Virus record (IMG/VR): IMGVR_UViG_3300033076_000578
Span: 1 to 46,401 of that record
Source: a virus
Taxonomy: Duplodnaviria; Caudoviricetes
DNA length: 46,401 nucleotides
Direction: 5' to 3' (one strand)
This document shows, piece after piece, positions 39,800-46,401 of the stretch. The notes beneath the pieces were generated by a model. That model was not told the origin of the DNA. It saw only the letters and a program-made list of their open reading frames with translations, and did not search any database. How positions within the stretch are numbered: the first letter of the stretch is position 1; every line of letters starts with the position of its first letter. The position numbers and the translations under genes were made by a program.

Positions 39800-40681
39800 T
39801 TATAAAAATGGTAATATTGCTAATTCTTTTGCCTTTGCTTCTACCATAATATCTACACTTATACGGTGTTTATTTGGTAAAGCAGTAATATAATCTGAGT
39901 GTGCTTGTGGTTTAGCACCTTCTTTGGATTCTGAATAATGAACTACGGGAGTAACACCACTCTTTCTCCATGTAGATGCTGCAAGTAATAATGCTTGTCT
40001 TTCTGATAAACCACCGGTACAAAATTGATGATGATGATAATCAAATACAATTGGAATTCCAATCTTATGATGAATATACATTAAATCTGCAACAGAATAC
40101 ATAGATGCTTTATCATCATTCTCAACTGTCAATCGTTTCTTTACACTGTCAGAGAGTTTCTCAAAATTTACACAGAATCTATCCATAGCAGCAATTTTAT
40201 CTCCGTAAACACCGTTACAATGGATATTTATTTTGTTATATGGAGATAATTCTAATCCTAATAAATCGAATAATTTACCATGTAATTCCAAATCTCTAAT
40301 AGTATTCTCAACTACTTTTGGATTTGGAGAAACTAACACATTGAACGGGCCTGGATGGGATGTTAAACGAATACCGTTTTCTTTAGCATAAATACCACAA
40401 CCTTTTAAGATATTTGATATTTTTGTGAAGTCTGGCATATCCTCTAAGTTGTATTCGGATGCCCACGGCAACATATCAGATGAAATACGGAATAGTTTGA
40501 TACCATTCTTAACATTCCATTTGAGAATTTCAAATAAATCACGAGAGTTTTGTAATGCCAATTCAGAGGCATAAGAAATACCTTTTTGTGTAAAGGTTTT
40601 TTTGACCATACTACGATTGGTAGTAATTTTAGGTGTTTGTTCACCTAATGTCATATTGATGCAAGCATATCCTATATTCAT
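39800..40681 (-). CDS. uvsE: UV damage endonuclease UvsE/UVDE; likely start ATG 40681
   Basis: IGYACIN, LFRISS, HPGPFNVL, INIH, RLTVENDDK, PIVFDYHHH, HYSE, AHSDY and MVEAKAKE. Confidence 0.93.
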   Translation of the reverse strand: MNIGYACINMTLGEQTPKITTNRSMVKKTFTQKGISYASELALQNSRDLFEILKWNVKNGIKLFRISSDMLPWASEYNLEDMPDFTKISNILKGCGIYAKENGIRLTSHPGPFNVLVSPNPKVVENTIRDLELHGKLFDLLGLELSPYNKINIHCNGVYGDKIAAMDRFCVNFEKLSDSVKKRLTVENDDKASMYSVADLMYIHHKIGIPIVFDYHHHQFCTGGLSERQALLLAASTWRKSGVTPVVHYSESKEGAKPQAHSDYITALPNKHRISVDIMVEAKAKELAILPFL

Positions 40682-40685
40682 AAAA

Positions 40686-40717
40686 CAAATATACAAAATT
40701 TATTTTATAAAAACAAG
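40686..40717 (-). promoter_or_regulatory. Bacteroidota primary-sigma promoter for the uvsE-def-sigma operon
   Basis: CTTG-N20-TATATTTG-tttt-ATG. Confidence 0.8.
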
Positions 40718-40720
40718 CTT

Positions 40721-41854
40721 TTAATAAACTTTAACTAAATCGTTGTCTGAATTTTTCTTATATTTCATCCAATAGTTGATTGCATTACGGTCGTTAATCC
40801 ATTTTGATTTATCTTCCCAATCAAACTCAGGTCTTGCGTAATATGGTAATAAATTTCGATTTCCTGATGCTCTTTCGGCATGTCCTTCTGGTGACCACTC
40901 ATCTATTATACCATCATTATTTGTATCATACCCATCTATAACACCATCTCCATCTAAATCTATTGGAATTCGTTCATTTTCCACTAAAACTTCGGAATTT
41001 TCTTCTTTTGTCAAATTTTTTCCACTATCTCCGTAAATTTGGTAATTTTTTTCCACTAAATCATCATACAAACCTAATTTTTGGTCATTTTCCATCATTT
41101 CGGTTAAAATTTCCTCTCGTTTTTTCTTTTTATCACCAACTAATCCATTAAATGCAATAATAAGAGCAACTGCAAGTGGGTCAAACACTATAACAATGAT
41201 AAAAATGAAGAATTTTACAACATTTTTCAATTCTACACCAAATGCTTCGGCAACAAAACGAAATCCGCCCACTTCTTTTTCTAAATTTAAATTAGAAATC
41301 TTAATTTGGTTGATTTTTTCAGTTTCAGAAGCATTTTCTTCTTGCAATTTAGAGATTTTATCGTTAATTTTGTTAATTTGTTTATCTCTATTGTCAATTG
41401 AACGAATTAAACGATTATTTACCTTACCACCATCTAATATTTTACCAGAATTTTGCTGTAAATTAGTTATTTGTGTAGTAAATTGTGCAATTTGCTCTTC
41501 ATTTGTGATAATTTTAGTTTGATGAACCGCAATTTCTCTATCTACTTGTTGAATTTGTAAAGATTGTGCTTGAAAAGCGTTTGATAAATAACCAAATATA
41601 CCAGCAGATGTGATTAACATAAGAATTCCAACAGATAAAGTTAAATATACCTTATTGAAACCCTTAATGTCATCCCATACTTGTTTTAAATAAGTAGCAG
41701 TTACTAATTTAGCAAATTCCAAAGAACCTGCCATAACCATAACTTCGGTAGATGCTCCCGCAAAAAGAACACCCAACCCTGTTACAGAAAAATAAGCTGC
41801 ACAACCTGCAATTAATATTGCAGATATACCTACTAAATATTTAAGCCAATTCAT
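40721..41854 (-). CDS. Membrane protein: three N-terminal TM helices, coiled coil, a fourth TM helix and DxDxDG calcium-binding-like repeats
   Basis: Hydrophobic segments at aa about 5-90 and 215-237; SLEFAK and GIFGYLS; heptads; IDLDGDGVID and YDTNNDGIID. Confidence 0.65.
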   Translation of the reverse strand: MNWLKYLVGISAILIAGCAAYFSVTGLGVLFAGASTEVMVMAGSLEFAKLVTATYLKQVWDDIKGFNKVYLTLSVGILMLITSAGIFGYLSNAFQAQSLQIQQVDREIAVHQTKIITNEEQIAQFTTQITNLQQNSGKILDGGKVNNRLIRSIDNRDKQINKINDKISKLQEENASETEKINQIKISNLNLEKEVGGFRFVAEAFGVELKNVVKFFIFIIVIVFDPLAVALIIAFNGLVGDKKKKREEILTEMMENDQKLGLYDDLVEKNYQIYGDSGKNLTKEENSEVLVENERIPIDLDGDGVIDGYDTNNDGIIDEWSPEGHAERASGNRNLLPYYARPEFDWEDKSKWINDRNAINYWMKYKKNSDNDLVKVY

Positions 41855-42039
41855 TAATCTCTTTCAATTGCGATTAGTTCATTCATTCTATCGGAAACTT
41901 TTCTAATATCATGAACCAATTGAATAACATCTTGTGGTGAAAGTTTCATAGCACCTGATGCTGCTCCTTCTAAAACTCTCAATTTTCCATCCAATACAAC
42001 TAATAGGTTTTGGATTTGATTTTTGTACATCATACTCAT
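41854..42039 (-). CDS. Hypothetical small helical protein
   Basis: 61-aa ORF coupled to the next gene; AATATTTAT motif 4 nt upstream (42044-42052). Confidence 0.65.
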   Translation of the reverse strand: MSMMYKNQIQNLLVVLDGKLRVLEGAASGAMKLSPQDVIQLVHDIRKVSDRMNELIAIERD

Positions 42040-42060
42040 AGTAATAAATATTTATTTATA

Positions 42061-42093
42061 AAAAAAGGTAGGAACACAATGCTCCTACCTTTT
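42061..42093 (-). terminator. Rho-independent terminator after hsp20
   Basis: Minus-strand RNA AAAAGGUAGGAGCA-UUG-UGUUCCUACCUUUU-UU; a G-U pair extends the stem only on the minus strand. Confidence 0.85.
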
Positions 42094-42116
42094 AAATATA
42101 CAAAAAATAACTTAAA

Positions 42117-42509
42117 TTACCTAATATTAATAGATAATTTTTTTGCTTTACCCTCATCTTTTTTACTAATGATGATAGAAAGTAACCCATTATTGAACTT
42201 AGCTTCCGATTTTGTACCGTCGTAATCTTTACTTAATTTGAAGCTAAAATCAATTTCTTTAACTAAAGATGAAGAATCTACAGGTTTGCTTGATTTGAGT
42301 TCAATCCTTTCTTCTGTAACTTCTAATGAAATATTTTTAGGGTCATGTCCTAAAACATTTACATCTACTTGAATTTTACCATCTTCTAATTCTTTTGTAG
42401 CGTAATCATAAAATACCTCATTTTTAGAATGACTAAATAAATTATCCCAATCTAAAAATAAATCATCTAAATTTGCTTTGTAGCCAGTAGTGTTTTTAAA
42501 TAAGCTCAT
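42117..42509 (-). CDS. Small heat-shock protein (Hsp20/alpha-crystallin)
   Basis: VDVNVLGHDPKNISLEV...FSFKL...SEAKFNNGLLSIIISK...KLSINI. Confidence 0.88.
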   Translation of the reverse strand: MSLFKNTTGYKANLDDLFLDWDNLFSHSKNEVFYDYATKELEDGKIQVDVNVLGHDPKNISLEVTEERIELKSSKPVDSSSLVKEIDFSFKLSKDYDGTKSEAKFNNGLLSIIISKKDEGKAKKLSINIR

Positions 42510-42551
42510 AATAATAATTGTTTTTTAATTTTAAAGTTTAACTATAATATT

Positions 42552-42612
42552 TCAATTTCTACACCAAAACAAAAAAGTATGACAAAATGTCATACTTTCT
42601 GTAAAAGTGTCA
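42552..42612 (-). promoter_or_regulatory. Sigma54-like -24/-12 promoter with upstream TGACA-N3-TGTCA boxes
   Basis: Minus strand TGGTGT-AGAAA-TTGA (42566-42552); perfect inverted repeat AAAGTATGACA-AAA-TGTCATACTTT (42574-42598); degenerate second box TGTAA-AAG-TGTCA 20 bp away. Confidence 0.55.
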
Positions 42613-42618
42613 TATATT

Positions 42619-43266
42619 TTATCCTAATAAAGATTGTCTTTCTACAATTGTACTCATATAATCTGCCCAATGTAAAATATATTGAATATTATAACGTAGG
42701 TATTTAGATGTATCATATACTTTATAATACTTTTCATTATCCTCATCAAACAAACCATCTGTTAGTTTAATACCAAAATATTCTTTTTCATTGTAAGTAA
42801 TACCATAATGATTAAGAGTAAAAAAAGTTCTATCTGTAATAGACATAAATGCAATGTTTTCATTACGTTTATAATATTCTCCTCTATTTTTAACATGCCA
42901 ATCGGAATCATTAGCCACATAATGTAACTCACCTTTGATTCCCAATTTTCCTAAATCATGATGTAATGCTGCAAATATCAATTCTTCATCAGTAAAATCA
43001 ACTTTACCACCAGATGCTACAAATAGTTCTTTTACTTTTAGAGCATTTTTGCAAACATTAAAAATGTGGTCAATATAACCACCATCATATGCTAAGTGAT
43101 AATTTCTGTTACCTGATGCAGGTGATACTGTTAGATTTAATCCTAACTCATCTGGTGAATACATAAATAACAACTTTTCTAATCTCTCTCCTGTAAAGTA
43201 TTTTTTAAGGATTTCGATAAATTTGTTGTAATTTGATTCCAATTCTTGTTCTGTTTTTTCTTTCAT
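42619..43266 (-). CDS. HD-domain metal-dependent phosphohydrolase
   Basis: PAS...YHLAYDGGYIDH, ALHHDLGK and LHWAD. Confidence 0.88.
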   Translation of the reverse strand: MKEKTEQELESNYNKFIEILKKYFTGERLEKLLFMYSPDELGLNLTVSPASGNRNYHLAYDGGYIDHIFNVCKNALKVKELFVASGGKVDFTDEELIFAALHHDLGKLGIKGELHYVANDSDWHVKNRGEYYKRNENIAFMSITDRTFFTLNHYGITYNEKEYFGIKLTDGLFDEDNEKYYKVYDTSKYLRYNIQYILHWADYMSTIVERQSLLG

Positions 43267-43303
43267 TGTGTTTTAAAGTTTAAGTATAGTAAAAAAGATA
43301 AAT

Positions 43304-43335
43304 CAAATATACGAAATATTTTTAACTTTTCCAAG
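43304..43335 (-). promoter_or_regulatory. Bacteroidota primary-sigma promoter for the HD gene
   Basis: CTTG-N20-TATATTTG. Confidence 0.78.
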
Positions 43336-43653
43336 TTATTTTAAATAAATTTCTTTTTTTGTTAAAATTTTATAAAGTATTTCTACTTCTTCTTCAAATT
43401 CCAATTCAGGCAAATCATCATCGAATAATCTCAATGTGTATAGTGGATTACCAGTATCATCTAAAAACGCATCTGATTCTGAACTAAATAATGCGGGTAT
43501 CCTTTCAATATCTGGCATTTCTTCTTCATCAATATCTACCAAAGGAATTACATAGTAGTGGTACGAATCCAATCCGTCCTCTACTTCTAATCTATGACAT
43601 TTCCATTTTTGAAAGCTAGATTCTGTTATGGGTGTTTGTGGAACTATAATCAT
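43336..43653 (-). CDS. Small acidic hypothetical protein; likely start ATG 43653
   Basis: 105 aa with about 26 D/E versus about 9 K/R by manual count; has its own promoter. Confidence 0.75.
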   Translation of the reverse strand: MIIVPQTPITESSFQKWKCHRLEVEDGLDSYHYYVIPLVDIDEEEMPDIERIPALFSSESDAFLDDTGNPLYTLRLFDDDLPELEFEEEVEILYKILTKKEIYLK

Positions 43654-43656
43654 ATA

Positions 43657-43688
43657 CAAATATACAAAAAGTTTTTTAAATTAACAAA
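43657..43688 (-). promoter_or_regulatory. Bacteroidota primary-sigma promoter for the acidic-protein gene
   Basis: TTTG-N20-TATATTTG-tat-ATG. Confidence 0.8.
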
Positions 43689-43689
43689 T

Positions 43690-44328
43690 TTAAACTAAAT
43701 TAGATTTTTCTTTTATTAAGTTTATAACCTTATTAGCAATCTGCAATTGTCCATATTCACTAAAATGACGGCACTCTAATTCTTCTTTTGTTTCTTCTAT
43801 TATTAATTCTATTTCATCTCCTCCCCAAAAATACGCATTAATATCTTGTTCAAATGGTGTCCAATGGATAACATGATTTGTTTTAAATGCGTTGTTAATA
43901 AAATTAATCCAACTATTAATTTCGGTTAAATACACAGAATCCATTCTATTTGTTAATATTTCGGCAACTGTATTGTGTGAAATAAAATCTATAATATCAT
44001 ATTTTAAACTATCAACAACCAATGGTTTAAATTGATTTTGTTGTGAAAGTCTAAACCTTGAAACTTCCGTCCATTGAACAACTACAATATCTCCATCTTT
44101 TATAAATGATGATGCGTTACATACATTTTGTAAAATTGTATAATTATCACATCCACCATGTCCTTTATTTACAACATTCATATTATAATGTTCTGCCAAA
44201 ACATCTCCATACACTTTTGGAATATATCCTTTCCAATTTGTATAATTTGTTCTCCAACTTTTTTCCGTTTCACTTACAGTTTTAAATTCGTCTGTAAATG
44301 AATCACCAAACACCCAAACAGTACTCAT
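43690..44328 (-). CDS. SGNH/GDSL-fold protein
   Basis: VWVFGDSFT, VNKGHGGCDN, VVVQWT and RHFSEYGQLQIA. Confidence 0.75.
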   Translation of the reverse strand: MSTVWVFGDSFTDEFKTVSETEKSWRTNYTNWKGYIPKVYGDVLAEHYNMNVVNKGHGGCDNYTILQNVCNASSFIKDGDIVVVQWTEVSRFRLSQQNQFKPLVVDSLKYDIIDFISHNTVAEILTNRMDSVYLTEINSWINFINNAFKTNHVIHWTPFEQDINAYFWGGDEIELIIEETKEELECRHFSEYGQLQIANKVINLIKEKSNLV

Positions 44329-45389
44329 ACTAAATTTTTTTTAATATTAATAAATTCATGCATATTGTGAAACACTTGCCCATCTAAACAAACTTTATTA
44401 AATTCCGTTATAAACTCATTATATTCAGGATGTTCTGTATCCCACACTTTTATTTTATTAAATTCATCATTTGTAAATGTTCCCCAATTATTTACTTTAC
44501 CAAAAAATACTTTTGCCTTTTTTCCAAAAATATTTTTCATCAAATGTAAAAATGGTTGCATTTCTTTGTAGTTATTTGATTGAACTACAAATGATGTTTT
44601 TATATTATTTAAATTTTTAATTGTGTTGATGTAATTTAAATTATTAATTAACAAATCCCAATCACCTCCAATTCTAGTTTTAGTTTCATATGTTTCTTTT
44701 GTAGCAGCATCTATACTGATTTCACAAGTTTTAACATATCTGTGGACAGGTTTCATACTTTCCCACATATCTTTATCCCACATAGTGGCGTTTGTATGTA
44801 AATGAATGTTTGTTAATTTTGGATATTTTTTTGCATCAAAGTTTCTTAAAAAGTTTCTGAATCCAACCGATACAAACGGGTCTCCACTTCCTGTAATATA
44901 AATCCAAACCAAATCTTTTGCAAATGTTTTTTCAATTTCTTCTATTGTTAAATTAACCTCTTTTATTTTTTTTCTATCTGCAACATATAAACCAACTCTA
45001 CAAGATGGGCATTTAAGATTACAAGTTCTATCAAAAGACATTTGTATAATATTAGGACCAGTTTTCATTTCACCTGTTTCCAAATTGTAATTATCTAAAA
45101 TATACGGAGGTACTATGTGTTTTTGAAAAATAGGACCACCATCGGTTATTCCGAAATTTATAAGATTTGATAAGAATGGACATTGTGTTTTATCACAATA
45201 TTTGTAAGAACCATCCCAAATAGATTTACGAATATCATTTGCCTCGCTACTATTCCAAAGATTTGATAATGGTACGTTTGATGGTAATGGTTTTAATAAC
45301 CAAGACGCACAACACATATAATTTTCCCTATGATGTAATTCCATATTGGTAAATGGTAAAGAACAAACATAGTTTTTTAAATCAATCAT
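44325..45389 (-). CDS. Radical SAM protein with an N-terminal SPASM/twitch-like Cys cluster
   Basis: CNLKCPSC, ITGSGDPF, HTNA and ISIDA; N-terminal CSLPF...MCC...LWNS...IR...YC...C. Confidence 0.9.
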   Translation of the reverse strand: MIDLKNYVCSLPFTNMELHHRENYMCCASWLLKPLPSNVPLSNLWNSSEANDIRKSIWDGSYKYCDKTQCPFLSNLINFGITDGGPIFQKHIVPPYILDNYNLETGEMKTGPNIIQMSFDRTCNLKCPSCRVGLYVADRKKIKEVNLTIEEIEKTFAKDLVWIYITGSGDPFVSVGFRNFLRNFDAKKYPKLTNIHLHTNATMWDKDMWESMKPVHRYVKTCEISIDAATKETYETKTRIGGDWDLLINNLNYINTIKNLNNIKTSFVVQSNNYKEMQPFLHLMKNIFGKKAKVFFGKVNNWGTFTNDEFNKIKVWDTEHPEYNEFITEFNKVCLDGQVFHNMHEFINIKKNLV

Positions 45390-45946
45390 ACTATTGATTT
45401 TTTAATATTAAATTGACGATATTTTTTACCGTAAGGAAATACTATATTAGAATCTATATTTAAATAGTTTTTTAATTCTAATATTTGCGTACCATAATAC
45501 AGTCCCTCATATGTAAATGATTTTAATTTAGAATTAAAAATAAATGATTGAAAATCTTCTTTTAATTTTATAAATGATTTTTTCTTATCACTAAATTCTA
45601 AATCTATATTTTTGGATATAACATCATCAACATATACATCGTACCAGTTATTAGTAGCATCTGCTATAATATACGATTCAGTTTGTGATACAACATCTTC
45701 TCTATATAAACAAATTGTAATATCTGAAATTTGAATTAGTTTATTCAATAATTGCTCATTGTTAAAAAACTTTTCACTTATAATATAATTTTTATTTTTA
45801 TCTATTTCAAAATGTTCCCCTATGAAATGACTAGAATTTGGATTGTACGGTTCATTTAGTAATTGAAAATCAGGTAAAGATTCTTTCAACCATTTAGCAA
45901 GGTTTGTACTACCAGACCTAATCTCTGCTATTAGTAAAATTATCAT
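45386..45946 (-). CDS. Sulfotransferase-like (P-loop, PAPS-binding) protein
   Basis: AEIRSGSTNL (5'-PSB loop), NEPYN, LYREDVVSQTES (3'-PB R...S) and TYEGLY. Confidence 0.72.
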   Translation of the reverse strand: MIILLIAEIRSGSTNLAKWLKESLPDFQLLNEPYNPNSSHFIGEHFEIDKNKNYIISEKFFNNEQLLNKLIQISDITICLYREDVVSQTESYIIADATNNWYDVYVDDVISKNIDLEFSDKKKSFIKLKEDFQSFIFNSKLKSFTYEGLYYGTQILELKNYLNIDSNIVFPYGKKYRQFNIKKSIV

Positions 45947-46401
45947 ATTAAATTTAACGAAAGTTTTTTAACCTCATCCGAATCTAACCAAAATATCATA
46001 GAATGTCTGACACCTTTTGTGAGTAACTTAACCTCATGGTGTATATCTGGTTTTATTATCAAAGTATTTCCCAATCGTTTATTCATAACAAACTCACCAT
46101 CTTTCATATAATAAACCATATCACATCCACCATATTCACTTTCATCATTTAATTGTATAATTACACAAAAAATTCTATTAGGCCAGGTATCAGATAAATC
46201 GCAATGTTTTGCAAGAAATCCACCTTCTTCATATTTTAATACAGAACCTAGAATTTCTTCCTTTATTAGTTTGTATCCAATAGAATTAAATGCTTTGTTT
46301 AAATTATCGTAAGATGGTTCTCCCTTTTTGATTATAATATTAGAACGAAGTGAATTTCGTTTATCGGGTCTGTATATTGTGTTTAGTTCATTACTATCGT
46401 T
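45943..46401 (-). CDS. 2OG-Fe(II) oxygenase (prolyl-hydroxylase-like), 5' end outside the window
   Basis: Not in the ORF track. Manual translation: ...LKYEEGGFLAKHCD (HxD)...YGG...DIHHEVKLLTKGVRHSMIFW...KKLSLNLI*. Confidence 0.85.
   Translation of the reverse strand, partial: NDSNELNTIYRPDKRNSLRSNIIIKKGEPSYDNLNKAFNSIGYKLIKEEILGSVLKYEEGGFLAKHCDLSDTWPNRIFCVIIQLNDESEYGGCDMVYYMKDGEFVMNKRLGNTLIIKPDIHHEVKLLTKGVRHSMIFWLDSDEVKKLSLNLI

Noticed and set aside
669-42225. Short plus-strand and nested minus-strand ORFs in the track (e.g. 669-929, 6136-6390, 14714-15061, 37826-38161)
   Set aside because: They are antisense or out-of-frame shadows of long genes, most of which have clear motifs, and have no recognisable signatures or promoters.
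17574-43659. ORF-track starts at 17600, 40696 and 43659
   Set aside because: The extensions (e.g. ...LYICIM, MYICFM, MYM) are translations of the TATATTTG promoter region; the downstream ATGs are more plausible.
1-46401. Stop-codon reassignment, as seen in some Bacteroidota phages
   Set aside because: The standard code gives near-complete coding density. TAG (7531, 38191) and TGA (several ATGA overlaps) end genes at sensible boundaries.
1-46401. CRISPR array, tRNA/rRNA, integrase/transposase or a diversity-generating retroelement
   Set aside because: No repeat-spacer array, cloverleaf, reverse transcriptase or TR/VR pair was seen; intergenic gaps are mostly under 110 nt and explained by promoters and terminators.

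Overview
A very AT-rich (roughly 25-30% GC by eye) segment of a large tailed-phage genome, most likely a myovirus-like jumbo phage of a Bacteroidota (possibly Flavobacteriaceae) host. Host evidence is five TTG-N20-TATATTTG promoters matching the Bacteroidota -33/-7 consensus. All genes but one are on the minus strand. In transcription order (right to left) the window holds: (1) a tailoring-enzyme cluster (2OG-Fe(II) oxygenase, sulfotransferase-like, radical SAM, SGNH-like) whose products share a C-terminal basic-x-x-hydrophobic-V/I motif; (2) host-takeover and stress genes (acidic protein, HD hydrolase, Hsp20 with a sigma54-like promoter and TGACA-N3-TGTCA boxes, UvsE, peptide deformylase with an unusual tail, gp55-like sigma factor); (3) a carbamoyltransferase + SGNH pair; (4) a contractile-tail baseplate module (spike, gp25, gp6, wedge and collar proteins); (5) endonuclease I, primase and a fused SbcD-SbcC (Mre11-Rad50); (6) a small divergent ribbon-helix-helix gene missed by the ORF track; (7) a fibre operon: S74-chaperone fibre, a Ser/Thr-rich adhesin ending in Cys, a stand-alone degenerate Hint-like protein, a GT7 with an inserted LamG domain, a GT-B glycosyltransferase and a methyltransferase. 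The best candidate for an undescribed system is a phage-encoded virion-fibre glycosylation and glycan-tailoring pathway. All family calls come from motif recognition by eye; no database searches were run.
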